Of a stretch of DNA of 64,000 nucleotides, positions 10,236-19,725 are shown in pieces. The notes under the pieces were generated by a model. It searched no databases, was not told the origin of the DNA, and worked only from the letters and a program-made list of their open reading frames with translations. Both the position numbers and the translations under genes were made by a program. This stretch comes from an uncultured Actinomycetes bacterium. GTDB lineage: Bacteria; Actinomycetota; Thermoleophilia; RBG-16-64-13. The first letter of the stretch is position 1. Each line of letters starts with the position of its first letter. The DNA is taken from assembly GCA_963718375.1 (NCBI GenBank), contig CAVQZD010000005.1, positions 652,841-716,840 of the forward strand, in the 5' to 3' direction.

Positions 10236-11927
10236 TCAGGAGGCGGTGGGCTCTCCGCCCAGCACCGCCCCAGTCTCGGCCCCGGACACCGAGGCTACGT
10301 AGCGGCGCAGCACGCCCGATAGTTCCCGAGCCGGGCGCTGCCACGCCATCTTCCTCCGTGCCATCTCTTCGTCCGTGACCTTCAGAGTGAGACTCCGCTT
10401 GGGGATGTCGATGCTTATGACGTCACCGTTCTGCACGAGCGCGATGGGGCCCCCATCGAGGGCCTCCGGTGCCACGTGGCCGATGCTGGCCCCGCGGCTG
10501 GCTCCGCTGAAGCGGCCGTCGGTTATGAGAGCCACACTGGAGTCCAGGCCCGCGCCGGCCAGGGCTGAGGTCGGGGTGAGCATCTCCGGCATGCCGGGCC
10601 CTCCTTTGGGCCCCACATACCGGATGACCACGACGGCTCCGGGCTTGATCTCGTCCTTCTCGATGGCCCGCATGATGCTCGCCTCGTCATCGAACACTGC
10701 AGCCGGACCCTCATGCACCAGCATCTGCGGGAGCACGGCCGACTCTTTGACCACGGCACCCTTTGGTGCCAGGTTGCCGAAAAGTATGGCCAGGCCGCCG
10801 GTCGCCTGATACGCGCTGGCGAGTGGTCTGATGACGCTCTCGTCGCAAACAGCGGCCGCCTCGTACTGCACCTTGATGTCGACCCCGGCCACGGTCGGCG
10901 CCGAGCCGTCCACCAGCTTGCCCTCGGCGAGGCGCTTCATGACAGCCATGACGCCGCCCGCTCGATTCAGATCTTCCATCAGGTTGGGGCCGGAAGGCGC
11001 CAGCTTGACCAGGTTGGGGGTGGAATCAGCCACCTCGTTGAAAGTCTCAAGTTCCAGTGGAACTCTAGCTTCGTTGGCGATCGCCATCAGGTGCAGCACC
11101 GTGTTGGTGGAGCAACCCAGAGCCGCGTCCACGGCCAAAGCGTTCTTGATGCTGGCGCCAGTGATGAACCGCCTGATGGTCCACCCCTTGCGGACGACCT
11201 CCACCGCGGCCTTGCCGCTCCGCCGCGCCAGTGCCAGGCGGGCCGAGTACGGCGCCGGGATGGTGGCGTCGCCGGGCAGCGACAGCCCTAGCGCCTCCAT
11301 GACACAGCCCATGGAGTTGGCAGTGAAGAGTCCGGCGCACGAACCGCAGGTCGGGCAGACTGCGTCCTCGAGGTCGGCCAACTCGGACTCCGACATCTGT
11401 CCTTTGAGGTACTTGCCCAACCCCTCGAAGATGTTGGAGAGGCTGACCTTGCCGCCCTGGTAGTCACCGCCCAGCATGGGGCCGCCGGTGACCATGACCG
11501 CCGGTATATCCAATCGCGCCGCGCCCATGACCATGCCGGGCACGATCTTGTCGCAGTTGGTCACAAACACGATGCCGTCCAAGGCGTGCGCCTTGGCCAT
11601 GATCTCCACCGAGTCGGCGATGTTCTCGCGCGACACCAGCGAGTAGTTCATGCCTTCGTGGTTCATGGCGAGGCCGTCGCAGACCCCGATGACGTTGAAC
11701 TCCAGCGGCAGGCCGCCGCCCTCGTAGACGCCGAACTTGACCTGCTGCGCGACACCGTTCAGATGCATATGACCCGGGATCAGCTCGTTGTACGAGTTGC
11801 AGATGCCTATGAGCGGCTTCCCGGCATCATCGCGGCCTACCCCGAGCGCACGCAGCAGCGAACGGTGCGGCGCGCGCGCCGGGCCGGAGAAGACACTTTG
11901 GCTGGTGCTCTTGGCACTATCGTTCAC
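10236..11927 (-). CDS. ilvD: dihydroxy-acid dehydratase
   Basis: ILVD_EDD signatures CDKIVPGM and CPTCGSCAG. 563 aa. Confidence 0.9.
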   Translation of the reverse strand: MNDSAKSTSQSVFSGPARAPHRSLLRALGVGRDDAGKPLIGICNSYNELIPGHMHLNGVAQQVKFGVYEGGGLPLEFNVIGVCDGLAMNHEGMNYSLVSRENIADSVEIMAKAHALDGIVFVTNCDKIVPGMVMGAARLDIPAVMVTGGPMLGGDYQGGKVSLSNIFEGLGKYLKGQMSESELADLEDAVCPTCGSCAGLFTANSMGCVMEALGLSLPGDATIPAPYSARLALARRSGKAAVEVVRKGWTIRRFITGASIKNALAVDAALGCSTNTVLHLMAIANEARVPLELETFNEVADSTPNLVKLAPSGPNLMEDLNRAGGVMAVMKRLAEGKLVDGSAPTVAGVDIKVQYEAAAVCDESVIRPLASAYQATGGLAILFGNLAPKGAVVKESAVLPQMLVHEGPAAVFDDEASIMRAIEKDEIKPGAVVVIRYVGPKGGPGMPEMLTPTSALAGAGLDSSVALITDGRFSGASRGASIGHVAPEALDGGPIALVQNGDVISIDIPKRSLTLKVTDEEMARRKMAWQRPARELSGVLRRYVASVSGAETGAVLGGEPTAS

Positions 11928-12082
11928 TCGCGTGATCTCCGAGAGAGCGGCCTACTCGGCCTCTGAACAGGGTTTCTTAGTTTACTCGACAAATAGAGTG
12001 ATTCAAGGACGGCGGCCGCTCACCTGCCCGCGCGCCGCTGCGGAGCCGCGCCGCGCCGTTTGCCTCGTGGTACCCTCGACGC

Positions 12083-13387
12083 ATGACGAACGACGAACTG
12101 ACAGCCCTGCGTCTCGCGAACCTGCCCACCGGGGTCGCCGCGACCGCTCCTGTCTATGCTGCCAAGGCCAAGAACGCCGTGATCACAGATGTCGAAGGCC
12201 GCGAGTACATCGACTTCGCAGCCGGTATAGGTGTGATGAACGTCGGCCACTGCCACCCCAAGGTGGTGGAGGCCGTCAAGACCCAGGCCGACCTCTTCTC
12301 ACATACCTGTTTCGGGCTCACCGGCTATGAGCCGTACCTGCGCCTGGCGGCCAAACTCAACGAAGCGGTGCCCGGCGAGACGCCCAAGCGCACCTTCTTT
12401 GTCAATTCCGGCGCGGAGGCGGTCGAGAACGCCATAAAGATAGCTCGGTACGCCACCAAACGCCCGGCCGTCATGGCGTTCGAAGACGGATTCCATGGCC
12501 GGACACTCATGACACTCAGCCTGACCTCGCAGGTCACGCCGTACAAGCTGGGCTTCGGGCCCTATGCCCCTGAGGTCTACCGCATCCCCTACGCCTACTG
12601 CTACCGCTGTCCCTTGTCCCTGAGCTACCCCGGGTGCGGCTGTGAATGCACCGAGCTGCTGCACAAGGCGTTTGACAAGTACGTCAGCGCCGGCGACGTG
12701 GCCGCGTTGGTGGCCGAGCCCGTGCTCGGCGAGGGCGGCTTCGTGGTACCTCCGCCGGAGTACATGGGCAAGATCAAGAAGATATGTGAAGAACACGGCA
12801 TCCTCTTCATCGCCGACGAGATCCAGACCGGCCTGGGCCGCACCGGCAAGATGTTCGCCATGGAGCACTGGGGGGTCGAGCCCGACATCACCGTGACCGC
12901 CAAGGCCTTGGGAGGCGGCTTCCCGCTCTCGGGGGTCACCGGTAAGCAGGAGATCATGGACGCCGTGCACCCGGGCGGGGTCGGCACCACCTTCGGCGGA
13001 AACCCCACCGCCTGCCGCGCAGGTCTGGCGGTTTTCGACATCATTGAGAGCGAAGGCCTGCTCGAGCGGGCCGCGGTCGTCGGAGGGCGGATCCGCTCAT
13101 TCTTCAGGGCCCTGCAGGAGTCCTACCCGGTGATCGGCGACGTGCGCGGTATCGGGGCGATGGCCGCCATCGAACTAGTCGAGGATCCGCAGAGCAAGAA
13201 GCCCGCGGGCGACTTTGCGAACAAGTTACGCGCCAACCTGTACACGAACGGCGTGGTCAACATCGGTGCAGGCACCTTCCACAACGTGGTAAGGATCCTG
13301 GTGCCGCTTACCATCGAGGACGAGGTCCTGGGTCGCGGTCTGGACATCTTCGAGCAGACGATGGCCCAGACTGTGGATGCCATCTAG
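12083..13387 (+). CDS. class III PLP aminotransferase (4-aminobutyrate/ornithine aminotransferase-like)
   Basis: AAT-III fold motifs: FIADEIQTGLGRTGKMFA and the PLP-lysine region TVTAKALGGG. Confidence 0.8.
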   Translation: MTNDELTALRLANLPTGVAATAPVYAAKAKNAVITDVEGREYIDFAAGIGVMNVGHCHPKVVEAVKTQADLFSHTCFGLTGYEPYLRLAAKLNEAVPGETPKRTFFVNSGAEAVENAIKIARYATKRPAVMAFEDGFHGRTLMTLSLTSQVTPYKLGFGPYAPEVYRIPYAYCYRCPLSLSYPGCGCECTELLHKAFDKYVSAGDVAALVAEPVLGEGGFVVPPPEYMGKIKKICEEHGILFIADEIQTGLGRTGKMFAMEHWGVEPDITVTAKALGGGFPLSGVTGKQEIMDAVHPGGVGTTFGGNPTACRAGLAVFDIIESEGLLERAAVVGGRIRSFFRALQESYPVIGDVRGIGAMAAIELVEDPQSKKPAGDFANKLRANLYTNGVVNIGAGTFHNVVRILVPLTIEDEVLGRGLDIFEQTMAQTVDAI

Positions 13388-13399
13388 GCGACGGGCCTG

Positions 13400-14776
13400 C
13401 TACAAACCAAGTTCTCCCGGCTCCAGCGGCACTATCTCTTCGTCGGGCCGATATAGCAGCTTCTCGAGTTCATCCCACACCTGGTTCATGCGGGCTTTGT
13501 CTTCGAGGGTCAACTCCGTGTCGGTCTGGGGAGTCACCCCAGGGAGCACCGGCAGGACGCGGTAGGTAGCCACCTCTTGGCCGGCTTTCTGAACGTAGAC
13601 CGGCAGATAGCTGATCCCGGTGACTCTCGTCTTGGAGTCCCGCTTCTCTATGTGCACGTACGCGACGATGCCACTGTCGGAATAGCGCCACCGCTGCCCG
13701 CTCAAGAAGTTGCCCAGCGAGTAGGCCGCGTACGCCTCGCGCGCGTCGTCGGCGTATTGCACCACTTTCACGATGGGCTGCACCACATGCGGATGCGATC
13801 CAAGGATCACATCCACTCCGCGCGAGAGCAGCCCCTCGACCCCTGCGGTGCCCTCCACGGACTGGGTCTGCTGAGCCGTGGGAGTCCGCAAGTACTCCGT
13901 CCCGAAATGCAGTAGGGCCACCACCACTTCTGCGCCGCGTTCACGGGCGACCGCGGCCTCCTCCGCGGCCTTGTCCATCTGCAGGACATTCACCGCATAC
14001 TCCTCACGCCCCTTGATGGTGGCATCGCCGTTAACGAACGCCGTGTAGTTGATGAAGGCCACCTTGATGCCTTGGATATCCACGATCAGCGGCGTCTGAC
14101 TCTCTTCGAGCGAACGCGCGGTACCCACGTGGGCTATGCCGACCCTGTCCAACCGTTCCAACGTGCGCACCACGCCCGTCCACCCGAAGTCGGCGGAGTG
14201 GTTGCTCGCGGTGGCGACCAGATCTATCCCAAGCTCCGCGAGCGAATCTGCGAGCGAATACGGCGCGTTGAAGCGCAGAGAGTCATCGCTCCCGCCCATG
14301 ACGCCGCCGGCCATCCGCGACTCCAGGTTGCACACGGTGAAGTCCGCAGCTGCCAGATAGGGGGCCACCGGGGCGAAGATGCCCGTGAAGTCGTACGTGC
14401 GCTTCGTCCGATCGTAGGCCGACTCCAGGACGCTGTCGTGGATGATCACGTCGCCCACGGCTGCGATGGTGATGGCCGCCGTGGGTTCGGTGGTCGTCTC
14501 GGTAGCCTGCGCCAAAGGCGCGGTGGTAGTGGTCGACTGGTCTGGGAGGATACTCGTGACCACAGCCAGCGGCGGCACGGTGATATAGGTCTGCGCCTGT
14601 CCTTCCATACCGGCTCCCCGGTCGTTGGAGGGCCAGAAGAACAACGGCAGCAACGTGACCAGCACGGCGACCGCCACTCCGCCCAGCTTGACGATGGTGC
14701 GCGCGGGCATCCTGCTCAAGAAGCGCGGCTCGCGCTTGGGTGCTTTCGCGGCCACCGGCCTATTCCTTGGTAGCAC
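13400..14776 (-). CDS. CapA/PGA_cap-family membrane-anchored metallophosphoesterase, paralogue 1
   Basis: N-terminal TM anchor, Thr-rich linker, conserved IAAVGD...CNLES...NNH...GSHPHV motifs. Confidence 0.8.
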   Translation of the reverse strand: MLPRNRPVAAKAPKREPRFLSRMPARTIVKLGGVAVAVLVTLLPLFFWPSNDRGAGMEGQAQTYITVPPLAVVTSILPDQSTTTTAPLAQATETTTEPTAAITIAAVGDVIIHDSVLESAYDRTKRTYDFTGIFAPVAPYLAAADFTVCNLESRMAGGVMGGSDDSLRFNAPYSLADSLAELGIDLVATASNHSADFGWTGVVRTLERLDRVGIAHVGTARSLEESQTPLIVDIQGIKVAFINYTAFVNGDATIKGREEYAVNVLQMDKAAEEAAVARERGAEVVVALLHFGTEYLRTPTAQQTQSVEGTAGVEGLLSRGVDVILGSHPHVVQPIVKVVQYADDAREAYAAYSLGNFLSGQRWRYSDSGIVAYVHIEKRDSKTRVTGISYLPVYVQKAGQEVATYRVLPVLPGVTPQTDTELTLEDKARMNQVWDELEKLLYRPDEEIVPLEPGELGL

Positions 14777-16106
14777 TCAGCTCCGCGAGGTCCAGCGGAA
14801 CGATGTTGTCCTCAGGTTTGTCGTACATCGCCTTGTAGTAGTTCCAAGCCTTGTCCATGCGGGCCTGGGTGGTCTCGCTGATCACGGTGTCGGTGTGGGG
14901 TTGCAGCCCTGGCAGTACCGGCAACAAGCGGACCTTCCCGTCCACCGCCTGCCGCACCATCGGCAGGTAGCTGAGACCGGTGACCGTTGCGACGCCGTCC
15001 TCCTTGACGATGTGCACATACGCCACTAGGCCACTATCCTGGGGCCAGGGGACCGAGGTGGGCGGCAGGAAGTTGCCCATCGAATACACGACGTAGGCGT
15101 CTCGGGAGCCCGACTCTGTCTGGTAGGTGACTCGGGCCGCCGGCTGCACCACGTGGGGGTGGGCGCCCAAGATGACGTCCACTCCCCGCTGCAGTAGCCC
15201 CTGGTAGTCGCCCGCACCCACCGCGACCTTGGTCTGGGAGCTGTTCTGTTTGGTCTTCTTCTCCTTGCCCCAGTGCACGATCATCACTACGACTTCGGCG
15301 CCCGCTTCGCGGGCGGCCGTGGCCTCCGCGGCGGCGGCATCAGCGCCGAGGAAGTTGACGGCGTAGCCCTTGTGCTTCGCGGCGAGTGGCAGGCCGTTGT
15401 CGAGGTCGGTGTAGTTGATGAAGGCCACCTTGATGCCCTTGATGTCCACGATGAAGGGGGTGCGAGCCTGCTTGTCCTCGGCCGAGCGGTAACAGCCTAT
15501 GTGGGCTAGACCGATCTCGTCCAGGCGATCCAGGGTCTGGACCATCCCGTCGTAGCCCTTGTCCAGGGAATGGTTGTTGGCCATGGCACACAGGTCGAAA
15601 CCAGCCTGTTTGAGGGCGTCGCCCAGAGCGACGGGCGAGTTCAAGATCATGACACCGTCAGTGCCGCTGTCCAAGTCGGCCAGCCGGCTCTCAAGATTGC
15701 ACACGGCGTAGTCGGCCCCCGCCAAGTACGGGGTCACCGGCTCGAACATGGGGTAGTAGTCATACTTCTTGGCAGTGACGTCCCAGGCGGCCTTGCGTAC
15801 AGACGCCACCCCCATCACGTCCCCCACTGCGGCGATGGTGATCTCCACCGGCGGGGGTTCGGTGGTGCTGGTGGTGGTGCTCGCTGAGGTGGTAGTCGAA
15901 CTCGCCGCGGCTTGTGCCGGCACCACCGTGGTCGTGGTCAGGGAAGTGCCGGGCGGAGTCGCCTCACTCTCCGGCCACAAGATCAGTAGGGGCACCAGGC
16001 ACACGACGATGACCGCCAGCGCCACCCCGGCCCCCTTCAGCGCGTCGGGTAGGGCCCAGCGCCTCGCATAGCGCGTCGGGTACTGCCGTCTCATGGGGAC
16101 CCTCAT
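14760..16106 (-). CDS. CapA/PGA_cap-family metallophosphoesterase, paralogue 2
   Basis: Same architecture and motifs as paralogue 1. Overlaps the paralogue 1 start by 17 nt. Confidence 0.8.
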   Translation of the reverse strand: MRVPMRRQYPTRYARRWALPDALKGAGVALAVIVVCLVPLLILWPESEATPPGTSLTTTTVVPAQAAASSTTTSASTTTSTTEPPPVEITIAAVGDVMGVASVRKAAWDVTAKKYDYYPMFEPVTPYLAGADYAVCNLESRLADLDSGTDGVMILNSPVALGDALKQAGFDLCAMANNHSLDKGYDGMVQTLDRLDEIGLAHIGCYRSAEDKQARTPFIVDIKGIKVAFINYTDLDNGLPLAAKHKGYAVNFLGADAAAAEATAAREAGAEVVVMIVHWGKEKKTKQNSSQTKVAVGAGDYQGLLQRGVDVILGAHPHVVQPAARVTYQTESGSRDAYVVYSMGNFLPPTSVPWPQDSGLVAYVHIVKEDGVATVTGLSYLPMVRQAVDGKVRLLPVLPGLQPHTDTVISETTQARMDKAWNYYKAMYDKPEDNIVPLDLAELSATKE

Positions 16107-16107
16107 G

Positions 16108-17361
16108 CTAGTCGGCGCCCGCCGACGCGGCCACCCCAGGATTCAGGTGCGACGGGTCGAGGGGCAAGATGTTGGCCTGCGGATCGTGGTACATGTCGGT
16201 GACATACTCCCACACTGAGTCAAGGCGCCTCTGCTGGGCGGCGCTCACCGAGCCCGGCGCAGGGACCACTCCTGGCAGCAGGGGTTCGACGACCACCTTG
16301 CGCGGGTAGCTCCCATATTGCTGCATGTACACCGCCATGTACTCCAGTCCGGTGACCTCGACCTTCTGCCCCGTCCTCCTAACATGCACGTACACTATCA
16401 CTCCGCTGTCCGTGCGCCACCTGACCATGTCGGACGAGAAGTTGCCCATAGAATAGACCACGTACGAGTTCTTTGGACCTGACGGGGTGTCCACGGGCAC
16501 CCATTGGGCGGGCTGGACTACGTGAGGGTGGGCTCCCAGGATCACGTCCACCCCCGAGGACAACAGACCGGCGCAGTCCTCCGAACCCAGCGCCAGCGAC
16601 CGCTGCCCCGGGTTGGGCTTGGTCACGTACTCGAGGCCCCAGTGCATCAACGCTATGACCACGTCGGCGCCCGCCGCACGCGCCGCCCGGACTTCCGCCA
16701 CCATCTGCCCGCGATCGGTCAGGTAGTCGACGGCATACTCCCGTGGCAGATGGTGGATGTTCAGGATATCGGTGTAGTTGATGAAGGCCACCTTGATGCC
16801 TTTGATGTCGACGATGAGGGGGACTGCCTTCTCTTCCGCCGAGCGATACGTTCCCACGTGAGCGATGCCCGCTTCGTCCAACCGGTCCAGGGTGTTGACC
16901 AGACCCACCCACTCCTTGTCGAGTGCATGGTTGTTGGCTGTGGCGCAAAGGTCCACGCCCATCAAGGTCAACGCGTCGGTGAGAGAGTCGGGGCAGTTGA
17001 AGCGGGGGAAGCTGGCGTACACGAACTCTGGACCCGCCATCCTGGTCTCAAGATTGACTACGGTGTAATCGGCCGCACTCAGATACGGGGCGACCGAGGC
17101 AAAGGTGGGCCTGAAGTCGTACGCGTCTCCCCCACCCGCGGCCCGCGCCGCTCGCGCGGTGACTCTGTGGATCATAAGGTCCCCTGCCGCGGCGATGGTG
17201 ATCTCGACCGACGGCGGGTCGGTGCTGGTGGTCGACTGCTGAACGGCACCCGCGGATGTGCCTGCCGATGCTTCTGACCCACGTGCCGCCGCAGGCGCGC
17301 AAGCCAGTTGGGCAACACCGACCGCGCACAGGAGCGTCAGCATCAAAGCCGTCGTCGCCAT
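16108..17361 (-). CDS. CapA/PGA_cap-family metallophosphoesterase, paralogue 3. Start trimmed to the ATG before the signal peptide MATTALMLTLLCAV
   Basis: Same motifs. Its stop is 1 nt from the paralogue 2 start. Confidence 0.75.
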   Translation of the reverse strand: MATTALMLTLLCAVGVAQLACAPAAARGSEASAGTSAGAVQQSTTSTDPPSVEITIAAAGDLMIHRVTARAARAAGGGDAYDFRPTFASVAPYLSAADYTVVNLETRMAGPEFVYASFPRFNCPDSLTDALTLMGVDLCATANNHALDKEWVGLVNTLDRLDEAGIAHVGTYRSAEEKAVPLIVDIKGIKVAFINYTDILNIHHLPREYAVDYLTDRGQMVAEVRAARAAGADVVIALMHWGLEYVTKPNPGQRSLALGSEDCAGLLSSGVDVILGAHPHVVQPAQWVPVDTPSGPKNSYVVYSMGNFSSDMVRWRTDSGVIVYVHVRRTGQKVEVTGLEYMAVYMQQYGSYPRKVVVEPLLPGVVPAPGSVSAAQQRRLDSVWEYVTDMYHDPQANILPLDPSHLNPGVAASAGAD

Positions 17362-17622
17362 GCACGGAACTCGTCGCACGCGCACCCCCCCGAGGGACAC
17401 TCGCACGCCCCCCTGGTCGCAAGCACCGGACCCTGTTCCCCATTCTAGAACAAGAGAAGTAGTATCATTACTGCATCGCTTGTTCCTCGCGCCCTGCACT
17501 TGCGGGCACGGTTGAGGTCAAAGCCCGCTCGGGCGGGCGTGATCGATGTCGCAGCCCTCTTGCCGACGCGCGGTTAGCTCCCATCTACTCTTTGCTACTT
17601 TCCGAGAGGACGTGAATGATCG

Positions 17623-19725
17623 ATGCTTGAGAGCCTGCTCAAACCCAAGGCCGTGGCGGTGATGGGGGCCTCGATGACCTCCGGCAAGGTTGGCAACGCC
17701 GTCGTGACCAATCTCATCGAAGGGGGATTCGAGGGCGCGATCGTACCGGTGAACCCTTCTGGCGGCGAGTACATGGGTCAGAAGTTCTACACCAGCCTTG
17801 AGGAATACGGCGGCCCAGTGGATTGCAGCGTCATCGCCGTGCCCACCAAGGCCGTCAAGGGCTCCGTCGAGAGCTCACTCAAGGCCGGCGCCAAGGCAGT
17901 GGTAGTCATCACCGCCGGCTTCAAAGAGGTGGATGAAGAGGGCGCGCATCTCGAGGCTGAGATCGCCGCCATGTGCAGAGCGGCGGGCGCCCGCCTCATG
18001 GGCCCCAACTGTCTGGGACTCATCAACACACACCACAAGTTCAACGCCTCCTTCGCCCGGCACATGCCCAATGCCGGCGGCATCTCAGTGCTCTCACAGT
18101 CGGGAGCACTTTGCACAGCCATACTGGACTGGGCGGCGGCCCGCAAGCTGGGGCTCGCCACCCTCGTCAGCATCGGCAACAAGGCAGACCTGAACGAGAT
18201 AGACTTTCTCTCCGCTTTCGCCGACGACGACGAGACAAAGGTCATCGTCGGTTACCTGGAGAGCATCGGGGACGGCGACGAGTTCATCCGAGTGGCCGAA
18301 TCGGTCGCCACCCAGAAGCCCGTGGTCATCCTCAAGGCCGGCACCACCTCCGCGGGCTCCAAAGCCGCCTCGTCGCACACTGGGGCCCTGGCCGGTGCCG
18401 ACATCGCCTACGGCGCCGCCTTCAAGCGCGCCGGTGTAATAAGGGCAGACACCTTCGAGAGCCTTTTCGACTTGGCCACCGCCCTGGCCATGCAGCCGCT
18501 GCCCAAGGGCGACCGCGTGGCGATCATCACCAACGCCGGCGGACCGGGCATCATGGCTGCCGACGCGGTGGAGTCCGCCGGGCTCAAAGTCACCGTCCTG
18601 GACGATTCGGTGGCGACCGCGCTACGCAGCAAGCTGCCTGCGGCGGCCAGTGTGGGCAACCCTATCGACGTCCTCGGTGACGCCGACCCCTCCCGCTATG
18701 CCCTGGCTGTCGAAGCCGCGCAGGATGACCCCAACGTGGATGCCGTCCTCATCATCCTGACGCCGCAGGCGATGACCCAGCCCGCCGAGACCGCAGTCGC
18801 CATAGCCGAGGCGGTGAAGGGCGAGAAGCCGGTACTGGCAGCCTTCATGGGCGGCGAGGACATCATGCCCGGGCGCGACCTGCTTGTCGCTCACAACCTG
18901 CCCGACTATCCCTCGCCAGAGCGCGCGGTCGTCGCCATAAAGGCGATGGTCGAGTACTCGCAATGGCGAGAGCGCCCAGAGCGCATAGTGGCCCGTTTTC
19001 CAGTCAACCGGCGCCGAGTGGAGCGTGTGATCGCCCGGCAGCTCCGCACCGGCCGCACCTATATCGGGGAGGCCAAGGCCAAGGACATCCTGCGCGCCTA
19101 CGACTTCGTCGTCCCAGACGGACGCTTGGTCACCACGGTGGAAGAGGCGATAGAGATCGCTCCGCGCTTGGGCTACCCGCTGGCCATGAAGATCGTCTCC
19201 CCCGACATCATCCACAAGTCCGATGTGGGCGGAGTGAAGCTGAACCTGAACAGCCCCACCGACGTGGCCGACGCCTTCGAGCTCATGATGATGCGCATCG
19301 GGCGCGGGATGCCCGAAGCCTTCTTGGAGGGGGTGTACATGGAGCGCATGGTGCCCAAGGGCCGCGAGGTGATACTGGGCATGACGCGCGACCCGCAGTT
19401 CGGCCCCATGCTGATGTTCGGCCTGGGCGGTATCTTTGTGGAAGTGATGAAAGACGTCACCTTCCACCTGGCACCGATCACCTCTACCGAGGCGATGGCC
19501 ATGCTCATGGGCACGCGCTCGTACAAGCTCCTTGAGGGGGTCCGGGGCGAGCAGGGCGTCGACCTGCCGGCGATAGGCGAGGCGCTACAGCGTATCAGCC
19601 AGCTGGTCACCGACTTCCCCATGATCGACGAGCTCGACATCAACCCCTTCATCGTGGGCAAACCCGGAGAGGACTCAGTGGCGGCAGACGGACGAATCCA
19701 GTTGGCTGAAGGGGGTGCGCTGTGA
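17623..19725 (+). CDS. acetyl-CoA synthetase (ADP-forming), fused alpha/beta acyl-CoA synthetase (NDP-forming)
   Basis: CoA-binding VAVMGAS, succinyl-CoA-synthetase-like, and C-terminal ATP-grasp domains. About 700 aa, typical of the ACD/Pat N-terminal module. Confidence 0.85.
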   Translation: MLESLLKPKAVAVMGASMTSGKVGNAVVTNLIEGGFEGAIVPVNPSGGEYMGQKFYTSLEEYGGPVDCSVIAVPTKAVKGSVESSLKAGAKAVVVITAGFKEVDEEGAHLEAEIAAMCRAAGARLMGPNCLGLINTHHKFNASFARHMPNAGGISVLSQSGALCTAILDWAAARKLGLATLVSIGNKADLNEIDFLSAFADDDETKVIVGYLESIGDGDEFIRVAESVATQKPVVILKAGTTSAGSKAASSHTGALAGADIAYGAAFKRAGVIRADTFESLFDLATALAMQPLPKGDRVAIITNAGGPGIMAADAVESAGLKVTVLDDSVATALRSKLPAAASVGNPIDVLGDADPSRYALAVEAAQDDPNVDAVLIILTPQAMTQPAETAVAIAEAVKGEKPVLAAFMGGEDIMPGRDLLVAHNLPDYPSPERAVVAIKAMVEYSQWRERPERIVARFPVNRRRVERVIARQLRTGRTYIGEAKAKDILRAYDFVVPDGRLVTTVEEAIEIAPRLGYPLAMKIVSPDIIHKSDVGGVKLNLNSPTDVADAFELMMMRIGRGMPEAFLEGVYMERMVPKGREVILGMTRDPQFGPMLMFGLGGIFVEVMKDVTFHLAPITSTEAMAMLMGTRSYKLLEGVRGEQGVDLPAIGEALQRISQLVTDFPMIDELDINPFIVGKPGEDSVAADGRIQLAEGGAL

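Noticed and set aside
8117-10378. 753-aa plus-strand ORF
   Set aside because: Antisense to ilvB with no recognisable domains. Classic GC-rich shadow ORF.
10713-11463. 192- and 210-aa plus-strand ORFs
   Set aside because: Antisense to ilvD.
16504-17277. 257-aa plus-strand ORF and other ORFs antisense to the CapA paralogues (14072..14773, 15570..16071)
   Set aside because: Opposite strand of strongly supported CapA genes, with low-complexity Arg/Gly-rich translations.
18622-19467. 281-aa minus-strand ORF; also 19173..20231 (352 aa) and 20760..21650 (296 aa)
   Set aside because: Antisense to the ACD and CoA-transferase::GNAT genes, with no domains.
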